Below, one piece after another: positions 45,287 to 54,896 of a DNA stretch of 63,317 bases. The translations under genes were made by a program, and so were the position numbers. Under the pieces are notes generated by a model, which saw only the letters and a program-made list of their open reading frames with translations, was not told where the DNA came from and searched no databases. Position 1 is the first letter of the stretch; the number at the start of each line of letters is the position of its first letter. Source of the DNA: Pseudomonadota bacterium (lineage in GTDB: Bacteria > Pseudomonadota > Alphaproteobacteria > Rhizobiales > JACESI01); NCBI GenBank assembly GCA_039181265.1, contig JBCDCU010000002.1, forward strand, positions 1 through 63,317. Reading direction: 5' to 3'.

Positions 45287-46044
45287 TGCATGCCGACGAG
45301 AAGCGGCACGATCATGATGAAGAAGACCAGCGTATAGGCGGACGCAATTTCAAGACGCATGGAGGCGTAACTGTCAGCAAGCCCGACCGGCAGGGTCTTC
45401 GTGAGCGGCGTATGCAGCATCCATGTCAGGTTAAATTCTCCAATCGAAAGCGTCACAACAGTCAGCGATCCGGCAAGGATGCCAGGCAGGGCATTCGGTA
45501 TGGCGATGTCGCGAAACCGTTGAAAAGGTGTGGCACCGAGCGACGAGGCACCTTCTTCCAGCGTTTTAAGGTCAATGGAGGCAAAAACGGCCAGCACGGA
45601 TCGGATCATGAAGGGGAGGGTATAGAGGACATGCCCGACCAGGATGAAGGTCCAGGAGATGCGGAAACCCTTCATCGTTCCGTAAAGCTGGAGAAGCGCG
45701 AGCGCGAGGGCAAGGCCCGGCACGGAAAGCGGGAGCGACACGAATTCTTCAACGAGCCGTGCCCCGCGGCCGCTCCAGTTGTTGAGCGCGTAAGCGGCGG
45801 GGACGCCGACCAGAAGCGTTGCGAACAGACAGGAAAAGGCAATGAGAAGCGACAAGAGGATGCTGTCTGCGTAAAGGACCCAGACTTCGCCGATCCACCT
45901 CAGCGTGACGCCGCTCTCCCATATGCCTTTGAAATAGTTGACCGTGATGCCCGCCAGGATCGACATGATCGCGGGCACGATCAGAAAGGCGCACGCCATC
46001 AGCGTGATGACAATCTGGAAGGTGAGACTGGCCTGTCGCGTCAT
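45250..46044 (-). CDS. ABC transporter permease
   Basis: It is a multi-pass membrane protein. The ATG at 46044 follows GGGGTGATGAG and lies 4 nt after the upstream permease stop. The listed TTG at 46065 is less likely. Confidence 0.85.
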   Translation of the reverse strand: MTRQASLTFQIVITLMACAFLIVPAIMSILAGITVNYFKGIWESGVTLRWIGEVWVLYADSILLSLLIAFSCLFATLLVGVPAAYALNNWSGRGARLVEEFVSLPLSVPGLALALALLQLYGTMKGFRISWTFILVGHVLYTLPFMIRSVLAVFASIDLKTLEEGASSLGATPFQRFRDIAIPNALPGILAGSLTVVTLSIGEFNLTWMLHTPLTKTLPVGLADSYASMRLEIASAYTLVFFIMIVPLLVGMQWATSYLQRVQN

Positions 46045-46048
46045 CTCA

Positions 46049-46861
46049 TCACCCCGCTGCAGCAACCGCCGTGCCGCTGAAGGAGCGGCTGATCAAAAGC
46101 AGCACCCAGGTGACAAGCCCAAGGATGACGGATAGCGCGCAGGCCATCGTGATGTTCGCCGACAAGGTGAACTCGGTGTAGATCACCATCGGCAAGACAT
46201 CGATGTCGGTTGCAAGCGTGAAAGCGGTGCCGAACGCCCCCATCGCCGTTGCAAAGGCCATGGCGCCCGTTGCGAACAAGGCTGGCGCGAGGCCGGGTAG
46301 CGTGACATCGCGCAGAACCTGGATCGGCTTTGCGCCGAGTGATCGCGCCGCTTCTTCAATGGCCGGGTCGAGTTTTTCGACCGCCGCCATCACCGTCAAA
46401 AGGACGCGCGGAATTGAGAAATAGAGATAGCCGAGGAAGAGCCCCACCATTGTGTAGGCAAAGACGACGCGAACGCCGAAAAGCCCGGTCGTGATATCGT
46501 TGGTGAGCCCTTGTCTGCCGCCGAGAAGAATAATCAGGAACCCGATGACGACCCCTGGAAACGCGAGGGGGAAGGTAAGAAGCGAGATCAGGATGGAGCG
46601 CCCGGCAAAGTGATTGCGGGTGAGAAAAAGGGCAGCCGTCGTGGAAATGAAGAGCGCTGTAAACGTGACCAGGGCCGACACCACCACCGTGTCCAGAAGG
46701 CTGCGCATATAGCGCTCGTTTGTGAGGATCTCCAAATAGATTGCAAAGCCGGATTCCCCCTCAATGGAAGCAAATAAAAGCCGCACGAGGGGCAATGCCA
46801 GAAAGGCGATACTGAAAATCGCAAGCGGCAGAAAGCAAAGGATGGAAAAACGCGGGAGCAT
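46049..46861 (-). CDS. ABC transporter permease
   Basis: It is a multi-pass membrane protein with an EAA-type loop (IEEAARSLGAKPIQVLRDVTLP). I prefer the ATG at 46861 over the listed TTG at 46918. Confidence 0.8.
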   Translation of the reverse strand: MLPRFSILCFLPLAIFSIAFLALPLVRLLFASIEGESGFAIYLEILTNERYMRSLLDTVVVSALVTFTALFISTTAALFLTRNHFAGRSILISLLTFPLAFPGVVIGFLIILLGGRQGLTNDITTGLFGVRVVFAYTMVGLFLGYLYFSIPRVLLTVMAAVEKLDPAIEEAARSLGAKPIQVLRDVTLPGLAPALFATGAMAFATAMGAFGTAFTLATDIDVLPMVIYTEFTLSANITMACALSVILGLVTWVLLLISRSFSGTAVAAAG

Positions 46862-46948
46862 GGTTGGTTTTGACTGGGAAGCAATGTCCCGGTCACGAAC
46901 CCGACTTCGGGTTCGCAACCGGGTGTTTTTGGTCTTCGGTTATCCGGA

Positions 46949-47962
46949 CTATTTCACTTCAGCGAGATAGCGCTCGCCAAAAGCTTTTTGAACTTCTTCC
47001 ATCTTGGCGTAATCCACCGGAGTTGCACGCTCATATTCGCTGTCCGGCAGGAACTTTGCCGCAACCTCTTCAGGCAACTCGACGGAACGGGCCGGTTTCA
47101 AATAGGCGTTGGTCCAGATCGCCTGACCTTTGTCCGACAGGATAAAGTCAAGGATTTCCTTGCCCTTTTCCGGGTTCGGACCGTTCTTCACAAGGCTCAT
47201 TGTGTAGGGAACGACAACGCTTCCTTCGCAGGGAAGGACGAATTCAAAATTCCCGTCTTCCGTGTATTTCCCGCGATAGGCGTTGAAATCATAGTCGAAC
47301 AGGATCGGGATTTCGCCGGAAACGACTCGGGCGTAAGAGGTTTGCTTCGGGACGATTGGATCGTTTTTGGCAAGCTCCTGGAAGAACTCAATCGCCTTGT
47401 CAAAGTTATCGAGCGAGCCGCCAAAAGCGCGGTTCACCGCAACAGCGCCCGCATAACCGACGAACGCGCTGGACGGATCAAGATAACCGACCATGCCTCG
47501 ATACTCCGGTTTCTTGAGATCGGCCCAGCATTTTGGAACCGGGGCGCCCCCAAGCGCGTCCTTGTTCACAAAAAGGCCGAGCGTTCCGTAGTGGATCGTG
47601 AACCATTTGCCATCCGGGTCTTTCAAACCATCGGCAATATCGTCAAAGCCCTTTGGTTTATAGGCAGCAGCAACGCCCTCATTGCCGGCTTTGATGCCGG
47701 TCGTGACGCCATAATAAGCAATATCGGCAACCGGGGCCTCTTTTTCAGCAAGCAACTGGCTGAGCGTTTGACCGGAATTCTTGTTGTCGTGCGGCAGCTT
47801 GTAGCCGAGTTCGGTTTCAATTGCCTTCAGCATAGAGGCCCAGTCCGCCCATTGGGGCGGGCAATTGTAGCAGATCGCATCAGCGGCCTTTGTGACGGGC
47901 GCTGAAACAATGAACGTTGCTGCCAAGGCTGCGGCAAGTATATGTTTCATGGGTCGACTCAT
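46949..47962 (-). CDS. ABC transporter periplasmic substrate-binding protein
   Basis: A signal peptide is present (MSRPMKHILAAALAATFIVSAPVTKAADA). The ATG at 47962 overlaps the LacI stop in an ATGA, which suggests translational coupling. The listed 415-aa ORF is an over-extension. Confidence 0.85.
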   Translation of the reverse strand: MSRPMKHILAAALAATFIVSAPVTKAADAICYNCPPQWADWASMLKAIETELGYKLPHDNKNSGQTLSQLLAEKEAPVADIAYYGVTTGIKAGNEGVAAAYKPKGFDDIADGLKDPDGKWFTIHYGTLGLFVNKDALGGAPVPKCWADLKKPEYRGMVGYLDPSSAFVGYAGAVAVNRAFGGSLDNFDKAIEFFQELAKNDPIVPKQTSYARVVSGEIPILFDYDFNAYRGKYTEDGNFEFVLPCEGSVVVPYTMSLVKNGPNPEKGKEILDFILSDKGQAIWTNAYLKPARSVELPEEVAAKFLPDSEYERATPVDYAKMEEVQKAFGERYLAEVK

Positions 47963-49077
47963 TTCGTTTGATTGATGTTGAGTGGAGTGGTGGCGACAGC
48001 CGACGGATGAGTTGCAGCTCTTTCGTCGGCAATTTTCGTCCGATAGGGCGCAAGGCTGTTCCCGGATCGAAATTCGAATGGAAGCGTGATCAATGTGGGC
48101 TCCGGACCCGGTTGGTCTGGAGCGTTTTGGTCTGATGATTTGCCGGTAAGGCCGGAGATCACGAGCTTTGCCGCTGTGCGTCCCATGGCCCGGCACGGTG
48201 TGCTGACCGTCGCGAGGTTTGGCTCCACCAGATCGGCAATCGCAATCCCGTCAAAGCCAACGACACTGACGTCCTCCGGTACACGTTTTCCAAGCGCTCT
48301 TAATGCGCGAATGCAGGAAAGCGCCAAAAGGTCGTTTGACGCAAAGAGCACGGATATGTCGGGATCGTCGCGAAAAACCGCCGATAGCGAGACTTCCAGG
48401 TCCTTTGGCGCGTAGTCGACCTCGATCAAACCCGGCTCGCGCAAGCCGCTGTCTCTGAAGGCTGCGCAAAATCCGTCATAACGCGCCTTGGAACGGTCCG
48501 ACGAGTTGAAGTGAACGGCAACAAATGCTGCTTTTTTGTGATTGAGTTCAATCATCTTGTCGCCGACAAGCCTTGCGGCTGCGACGTTATCCACCCCGAC
48601 CGCAGAGTGTTGAATGTCGCCAGAATGATTGAAGATGAGACAGTGAGGCGTGCTTGTTTGCCGCAAGAGATCCAGGGCCGCGCTCTCGTGGGGATCCGAT
48701 ACGGTGAGGATGACGCCATCCACCTGTCTTGAAATGAGCGTCTTCAAGCCCGCAAGTTCTGCATCCGCATTATAATTTGAGCAGATCAGGATGATCTCAT
48801 AGCCAAGCTCTGATGCCGCTTCCTGAATGCCTTCAATCGCATCGGCAAAGACCGGATTCGTCAATGTCGGGACAAGGACAGCAATCGCCTTCGATTGATT
48901 GCTCTTGAGGGAGCGGCCCATTTCATTGAACTGGAACCCGAGAGCTTCGACCGCTTCTTCGACCTGTTGCCGCTTCTCAAGGCTGGTCGGGCCGGAATTG
49001 TTTAGAACGCGGCTGACGGTGGCAATGCCGCATCCTGCCAGTTCAGCAACGTCTTTGATTGTCGGTTTGCCGGTCAC
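47959..49077 (-). CDS. LacI-family transcriptional regulator
   Basis: The N-terminal HTH reads TIKDVAELAGCGIATVSRVLNNSGPTSLEKRQQVEEAVEALGF, followed by a periplasmic-binding-fold core. It is the first gene of the ABC/phosphodiesterase operon. Confidence 0.9.
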   Translation of the reverse strand: MTGKPTIKDVAELAGCGIATVSRVLNNSGPTSLEKRQQVEEAVEALGFQFNEMGRSLKSNQSKAIAVLVPTLTNPVFADAIEGIQEAASELGYEIILICSNYNADAELAGLKTLISRQVDGVILTVSDPHESAALDLLRQTSTPHCLIFNHSGDIQHSAVGVDNVAAARLVGDKMIELNHKKAAFVAVHFNSSDRSKARYDGFCAAFRDSGLREPGLIEVDYAPKDLEVSLSAVFRDDPDISVLFASNDLLALSCIRALRALGKRVPEDVSVVGFDGIAIADLVEPNLATVSTPCRAMGRTAAKLVISGLTGKSSDQNAPDQPGPEPTLITLPFEFRSGNSLAPYRTKIADERAATHPSAVATTPLNINQTK

Positions 49078-49105
49078 GCCGCTTTCCGCTCAAGTTCCGC
49101 CCAAA

Positions 49106-49119
49106 ATGGAAACGTTTCC
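49106..49119. promoter_or_regulatory. Candidate LacI-family operator (perfect 14-bp palindrome)
   Basis: TGGAAACGTTTCCA lies 29 bp upstream of the LacI start codon. It fits the generic LacI/GalR half-site pattern TGnAAnC|GnTTnCA. Confidence 0.65.
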
Positions 49120-49304
49120 ACAGTGAACACCGGTTACATTTCACTTATGTGACAGGCAGGTCGTTTTCCATCCTCGGGGTGAGGGCGCTGGGACGGGCGA
49201 GGGGAGCGTCTGAATTGAACCCAAACGATCCGATGTCGTTCGTGCAGAATTGACCTTGGCGGAATCGCATGTAGCGTAACGATGACTCTTATCGGAGCAC
49301 ATGC

Positions 49305-49763
49305 GTGAATAACGGACCTGTAGAAATCTACCACCCTCGTGCGACAGCATTTCGCGCGATTTGGGAATGTGATGGCATCAAATTCAAGGTCTACGATCTA
49401 CTGGCTCATGGTAAGACTGTGACCGCCGACATGATTGAATCCGCGAGGACCTTCCTGCACGAAACGGTTGTCCCTGATGTGGAGAACATGGGTGATAGCA
49501 ATGACTTGGGTTTCGTCATTATCCACCCTGGTGATCTCGGGCTGACAATAGCAGCGCAATGGTGGGCGCAAGGATCGGTCCTTTGCCAACGGATCTATCG
49601 TCACCAGTATGATGAGGCTGCTCCTTTAGATACGATCAAGCGCCCCGCCGTGGCATGTGTTTGGGAACTGGAGATCATTCAGGCCGAGCAAGCGATCTGG
49701 CGTGAAACAATGATGACGTCAAAACCAGACAAGTCTGCCTACCTTAATACGGTCGCAACCTGA
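49305..49763 (+). CDS. Hypothetical protein (152 aa)
   Basis: The GTG start has GGAG 9 nt upstream. I recognise no domain. Confidence 0.55.
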   Translation: MNNGPVEIYHPRATAFRAIWECDGIKFKVYDLLAHGKTVTADMIESARTFLHETVVPDVENMGDSNDLGFVIIHPGDLGLTIAAQWWAQGSVLCQRIYRHQYDEAAPLDTIKRPAVACVWELEIIQAEQAIWRETMMTSKPDKSAYLNTVAT

Positions 49764-49877
49764 ATCCCTAGGGCAGCTTTGCCCACTCTTTGACCTTGGA
49801 CTGAGAGCACGCATGTGAAAAAAATGGGCGGTCTTTTGAAAAAGATATCAACGCATTCAAGCAAAGGCTCATACGAT

Positions 49878-50303
49878 ATGGCCCACATCGTTTTTTATGA
49901 AAAGCCAGGCTGCATCGGTAATGCCCGGCAAAAGAAGCTTCTGGAGCGTTCCGGACATCAGCTGGACGTGCGGGACATGACAACAACGCCATGGACGCCT
50001 GATCTCCTGCGTCCCTTCTTTGGCAAAAGGCCCGTCACCCAGTGGTTCAATCTGTCTTCGCCGCGCGTGAAGTCGGGAGAGGTGAAAGCCGATACGTTAA
50101 GCGCCGATCAGGCCCTGGACGTCCTTTGCGCCGATCCGCTTTTGATCCGCCGCCCGCTCTTGAAAGTTGGCGACGAATATGAGGTCGGCTTTGAAATGGA
50201 TCTCATCGACGCATGGATTGGTCTTCATGATGATGAGGCAGAGGTTGGTGAAGGCTGTCCCCGCGAGACATTGAAAGCATCGTCTCGCACGAAGACCAGT
50301 TAG
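49878..50303 (+). CDS. ArsC/Spx-superfamily (thioredoxin-fold) protein
   Basis: MAHIVFYEKPGCIGNARQKKLLERSGHQLDVRDM... has the typical N-terminal beta-alpha with Cys. The ATG at 49878 is preferred over the listed 49815. Confidence 0.75.
   Translation: MAHIVFYEKPGCIGNARQKKLLERSGHQLDVRDMTTTPWTPDLLRPFFGKRPVTQWFNLSSPRVKSGEVKADTLSADQALDVLCADPLLIRRPLLKVGDEYEVGFEMDLIDAWIGLHDDEAEVGEGCPRETLKASSRTKTS
49951..50205. repeat. 255-bp duplicated segment, copy 1 (inside the intact ArsC-family gene)
   Basis: It is 243/255 identical, ungapped, to 59485-59739 (hand alignment). Confidence 0.9.
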
Positions 50304-50464
50304 CGCATGGTCAAACGGGCGGCGGGCACCGAACGCTGTCCTGCTGACATCGATTGTGCAAGAGCCGTCGGCCTCAAGATCATCAGCTGTTGAATGCTGC
50401 ACATTGCACAAAGGGCAGCTCTTCAGCGATTGATGCTTAAAAGCCCGATCTCTAAGGTCAAGGA

Positions 50465-51097
50465 ATGATCGATCCTATCTCTTTCCTTCTCTTCACAGCT
50501 GCCAGCGTAACCGCTCTTGCAATTCCCGGCCCGACAATCGCCCTGGTGATCACCCGGTCACTATCTGACGGGCGACACATCTCAGTGCCACTCGCTATCG
50601 GCATAGGGCTTGGCACACTCGTCGGATCAACTGCGGCCATTGCCGGGGCTGGAGCGGTCCTCCTTGCCTCCGCTTCCGCGTTCACCGCCGTAAAACTGAT
50701 CGGTGCGGCCTACCTCATTTATCTCGGGATCATGCTCTTCACTGCTGAACCGACACCTCCGGATGTCGGTGTTCAACAAAAGCGGGGTTCGACGCTGAAG
50801 GGACTACGAGATGCCTTCTTCGTTACCCTGTTGAACCCAAAGAGCATCGCTTTTTCGGCTGCCTTTATTCCCCAGTTCATCGGGTCGGACGGCAGCTATA
50901 TATGGCAGGCAACTATTTTGGTGGTCACCTTTTCAATCCTGGCAACGGTGAACGGACTCGCCTTTGCGTTCGGAACAGATATCTTGCGGCGCTTTATCAG
51001 GCGATTAGCCGTTCTTCGTTGGATGAACAGGATTGGTGGCAGTTTTTTGGTCGCATCAGGAGTGGCAGGCCTGTTTCTCAAACGTCCGGCTGTTTAA
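50465..51097 (+). CDS. LysE-family amino-acid exporter
   Basis: The N-terminus reads FLLFTAASVTALAIPGPTIALVITRSL. The protein is ~210 aa with about 6 TM segments. Confidence 0.85.
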   Translation: MIDPISFLLFTAASVTALAIPGPTIALVITRSLSDGRHISVPLAIGIGLGTLVGSTAAIAGAGAVLLASASAFTAVKLIGAAYLIYLGIMLFTAEPTPPDVGVQQKRGSTLKGLRDAFFVTLLNPKSIAFSAAFIPQFIGSDGSYIWQATILVVTFSILATVNGLAFAFGTDILRRFIRRLAVLRWMNRIGGSFLVASGVAGLFLKRPAV

Positions 51098-51238
51098 GGG
51101 ATTGCAGTAGGGCTTGCCCGTGCATGGCAGGTCTTCCCAATGTCCTCTTTCAGGGACGATTGGAAATCCTATTGGGTGCCACGGGTAAAAGCACTACGAC
51201 CTAGATCGCGGTTTTGATCCTAGATGACCTTGTCGGTT

Positions 51239-51817
51239 TTAGGTCATTTTGCCGATGTGCGAACTCAGCCATTTTCCGAGATCCGTTGCTGTATGAATGA
51301 CTTCCGGGTGATCATTGCGAATTACGCTGTTCGGCATGCTGGAGTGTTCAGCATCGCTCGGCTCTTGAACGATTGTCCGTCCGCCCATATCGTAGATGAC
51401 TTGCGCGCCACGCATGCCATCCGTCAGCATGCCCGAGAGGACTACTGCGATTGCTCTGTCCTTATATTCAGCTGCCAGCGTCATAAACATGGCATCGATC
51501 GAGGGCCTGAAACCAGAGTCGCGGACGGGTTCGGAAAGATGTATTTTACCGTTTCTGAAAAAGCCGTGCATTGCTCCTGGCAAAACGTAGATCCATCCCT
51601 TTTCTAACGTTTGGTTGTCTTCGGCCCGTTTGATTTTGAGATTGCTCTCGGATTGCAGAGCTTCGGTAAGCACCGCACCTTGCATGCTGTGAACGCCAAT
51701 CACGATCGGAGCATTGAGACGATCGGGTAACTCTGCAATTAGAGATTGTATAGCCGCAAGCCCGCCAGCGGACGCGCCGATCGCAACAACAAAATCTTGC
51801 CTTTTGTCTGACTTCAA
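51239..51817 (-). CDS. Stand-alone CheB-type protein-glutamate methylesterase catalytic domain (no receiver domain)
   Basis: Triad contexts resembling the CheB catalytic domain are present: VVAIGASAGGLAA (Ser), IVIGVHS (His) and LSGMLTDGMRG (Asp). The protein is 192 aa. Confidence 0.75.
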   Translation of the reverse strand: MKSDKRQDFVVAIGASAGGLAAIQSLIAELPDRLNAPIVIGVHSMQGAVLTEALQSESNLKIKRAEDNQTLEKGWIYVLPGAMHGFFRNGKIHLSEPVRDSGFRPSIDAMFMTLAAEYKDRAIAVVLSGMLTDGMRGAQVIYDMGGRTIVQEPSDAEHSSMPNSVIRNDHPEVIHTATDLGKWLSSHIGKMT

Positions 51818-52309
51818 AAATTCTTCACTTTCAAGGCGAGACTGTCATTGTGGTCGTCGCAGAGTGAATAAATGTTTGGCAGATAAAGCTACGCCATATT
51901 GGCAGCGTCTGCGCAATGTACATTACCGCTACACGGTCTCTCGTTGTTAAGCAAGAAATTTGCAAGAATTGAAGTTTGTAAACTTCGTTGGCAATCGAAA
52001 AATATTTGGTCGTGTGCCAAATTAAGTCTGAAATGTGTATTTGCAGTCTCTGTTTTTATCTTTACATGGCGCTGAAGATAACAAAACGATTGATAATTCT
52101 TATGAAACGTGATCTACGTCCAATAACAGCTTGCGCGTAGATGCCTCTTTTCCAGCAGCTGATGATCTTCCAGCGCTCATCGTTTTGATCCGTTGTCGAA
52201 AGATGCCCTTGAGGCAAAACAAACGGACGCTGTTCTGCGCGAGCTTCCATAAAAACAAACGCCGCGCCGCGCTTTAAGCGCCATAAATGCGGCTGATTGA
52301 CAGGATTAT

Positions 52310-53512
52310 TTGACCGATTTTAAAAGTTTCGGCCTTGCCGAACCCCTGCTTCGTGCTCTCAAAGCCGAAGGATATGAAACACCCACTCCAATCCAGACCC
52401 GGGCCATTCCGGTTCTCTTGAAAAACCAAGATGTCGTTGGTATCGCCCAGACAGGCACCGGCAAGACCGCCGCCTTCACGCTGCCCGTTCTTAACCGCAT
52501 TATTGAAGACAAATGCAAGCGCGTGCCGAAAGCGTGCTCGGCCTTGATTCTGGCGCCAACCCGCGAACTTGCCGCTCAGATTGTGCAGACCATTCAAGTT
52601 TACAGCCAATTTACTCAGGTGAGTGTCGCGCTCATCGTCGGCGGTCTGAGTTCAGGCCCTCAGGTAAAAATCATGCGTGGCGGTGTCGATATCATCGTTG
52701 CAACGCCCGGCCGCCTGCTCGACCATATGGATACCGGAGCCATCACTCTCGACTGGACCAAAACGGTTGTCCTCGACGAAGCCGATCAGATGATGGATCT
52801 CGGCTTCCTTCCGGACATTCGCAAAGTCGTGCAGAGCATACCTTCGAGCCGTTCGACGGCACTCTTTTCAGCGACCATGCCGAAAGAAATCAGACGGCTT
52901 GCAAATGATTTTCTGGATAATCCCGTTGAAGTTGCCGTTGCCGCGGCTTCAAAGCCGATTGAACGCATCGAGCAGAGTGTGCAGTTGGTTGAGCGTAGCG
53001 AGAAGCGCACGGTTCTGACTGAACTTGTCTCGGAGGAAGATGTAGAAAGCGCGGTCGTTTTCACCCGCACGAAACGCGGTGCGGACAGGATCAGCTGGCA
53101 TCTGAAAGACGCCGGGTTTGCGGTTGACGCAATCCATGGCAACAAGAGTCAGGGGCAGCGCGCCCGGGCCTTGAAGCAATTCAAGAACGGTGAGATCGCC
53201 ATTCTGGTGGCGACCGACATTGCTGCGCGCGGGATCGACATTGATGGTGTCTCCCATGTCTTCAATTTCGATCTTCCGGAAGTGCCGGAGGCTTATGTCC
53301 ACCGGATCGGGCGGACGGCGCGCGCGGGACGCTCCGGCGTCGCGATTTCCCTTTACGAAGCGTCGGAGTCTCATTTGCTGAGGGCGATTGAAAAGCTCAC
53401 GGGAAGCAGGATCGAAGGCAGACCGAGAAGAAAGAAAGACCAGCCTTCACGGGCCCGTACCCCCGCTGGGCACGTGGACGGCAAGCCCCGCTTTAAGAAA
53501 GCGGCGGCGTAA
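52310..53512 (+). CDS. DEAD-box ATP-dependent RNA helicase (RhlE-like)
   Basis: The Q-motif (GYETPTPIQ), motif I (AQTGTGKT), motif II (DEAD), SAT, and HRIGRTARAG are present. The start is TTG at 52310. The C-terminal tail is basic. Confidence 0.9.
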   Translation: MTDFKSFGLAEPLLRALKAEGYETPTPIQTRAIPVLLKNQDVVGIAQTGTGKTAAFTLPVLNRIIEDKCKRVPKACSALILAPTRELAAQIVQTIQVYSQFTQVSVALIVGGLSSGPQVKIMRGGVDIIVATPGRLLDHMDTGAITLDWTKTVVLDEADQMMDLGFLPDIRKVVQSIPSSRSTALFSATMPKEIRRLANDFLDNPVEVAVAAASKPIERIEQSVQLVERSEKRTVLTELVSEEDVESAVVFTRTKRGADRISWHLKDAGFAVDAIHGNKSQGQRARALKQFKNGEIAILVATDIAARGIDIDGVSHVFNFDLPEVPEAYVHRIGRTARAGRSGVAISLYEASESHLLRAIEKLTGSRIEGRPRRKKDQPSRARTPAGHVDGKPRFKKAAA

Positions 53513-53575
53513 AGAAATCAACGACACACAAACCGTGTGTTTTGAGAAAAGCTATTTGACTAGGAGATCTCTAAA

Positions 53576-53788
53576 ATGGCGACAGGAACAGTAAAATTTT
53601 TTAATGGAACCAAAGGGTTCGGCTTCATCGAGCCAGACGGCGGAGGCAAGGATGTCTTCGTTCACATCAGTGCCGTAGAACGTTCGGGGCTGAACGGGCT
53701 CCAGGAAAACGACAAAGTGCACTTTGAACTCGAAACAGATGAAAGACGCGGGAAAACGTCTGCAGTTAATCTCAAAATGGCGTCATAG
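53576..53788 (+). CDS. cspA: Cold-shock protein (CspA family)
   Basis: MATGTVKFFNGTKGFGFIEPDGGGKDVFVHISAV contains the RNP1 and RNP2 motifs. The SD is TAGGAG. Confidence 0.95.
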   Translation: MATGTVKFFNGTKGFGFIEPDGGGKDVFVHISAVERSGLNGLQENDKVHFELETDERRGKTSAVNLKMAS

Positions 53789-54110
53789 CGCATTTGAAAC
53801 CGGCACAATGCTTATCGAGCCGGTAAGCGAGTGGAATACAATACACTGTTTCCACTCGCGTGGTTTCGCAGCGGCATTCAATGCGACCGTTCAATGTTGC
53901 AAGATCACATACCAGAGACCTTGATGATGCACAGGATGCGGTTAGAGCGGGCTGCCAACAAGCCTCGTTCGGCAATCCGCATCGCGGGATCAAGTTTATT
54001 GCGAATTCTTCCTTCAGTGATGCGTGTCACTTTCTAATGACCAGAAGTCAAACTGGGAACGGCCTATACAGGTAACGACTGTCAGAATTCTGAAAACTGG
54101 AAAATAATAT

Positions 54111-54896
54111 ATGACCGGAACAAATGCCCTTTCCTTTTTTTCTATTCGGGCCGGCTTCTGTTTGGCTGCCTTGATATTGATGACTTTGCCAGCATGGTCA
54201 CAGGAAGTCAGGAGCGGAATTCCTGAAAACGCACGCGCCAAAAGTTACGGTACAGGTTGGGAGTGCAACAGAGGCTTCCGTGAAAAATCTGACCGCTGCG
54301 AAGAGGTTAAAATCCCCAAGAATGGCTATTCAACCGATACCTCTTACGGACGCGGTTGGGAGTGCAGCCATGGATTCGCGGAAAAAGGCAACCAGTGCCT
54401 AGCGATCACGATTCCATCGAACGCCTTTCTTAATGCCAGGGGGGACGGATGGCGATGTCACAGGGGCTTTGTAAGAACTGGTGAGGCTTGTTTGGAGATT
54501 GAGGTTCCCGAAAACGCCTACCTGGACAAGTCTTCCTACAGTACTGGCTGGAAATGCGACCGCGGATTTCGTGAAGTGAATGACCATTGCCTCGCAATCG
54601 AAATACCACAGAACGCCTTTGCAACCAACCGAACGTCGGGAGAAGGTTGGGAATGCGAACGCGGGTACAAAAAAGTCGCGAATGAGTGCCAGCATATAAC
54701 TGTGCCGAAGAATGGGTATCTGCTTGATGATTCTTCTTTTAGGTCTGGATGGAAATGTGAACGTGGATACGCGCCCATTGACAATAGATGTCAGAAGATA
54801 AGCGTCCCATCCAATGCCCATTTAGATTATTCAGGAAACCGATGGGAGTGCAACAGGCCATTTACAAAGCGGCGAAATGCTTGCATTCTTCGGTAA
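54111..54896 (+). CDS. Secreted cysteine-rich protein built from 7 tandem ~33-aa repeats
   Basis: A signal/TM segment (FCLAALILMTLPAWSQ) is followed by 7 repeats (about 54231-54890) of the pattern [IV]P-x-N-[AG]-[YFH], then G-W-x-C-x-R-[GP]-[FY], then C-x-x-I. Each repeat has two Cys. Confidence 0.75.
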   Translation: MTGTNALSFFSIRAGFCLAALILMTLPAWSQEVRSGIPENARAKSYGTGWECNRGFREKSDRCEEVKIPKNGYSTDTSYGRGWECSHGFAEKGNQCLAITIPSNAFLNARGDGWRCHRGFVRTGEACLEIEVPENAYLDKSSYSTGWKCDRGFREVNDHCLAIEIPQNAFATNRTSGEGWECERGYKKVANECQHITVPKNGYLLDDSSFRSGWKCERGYAPIDNRCQKISVPSNAHLDYSGNRWECNRPFTKRRNACILR

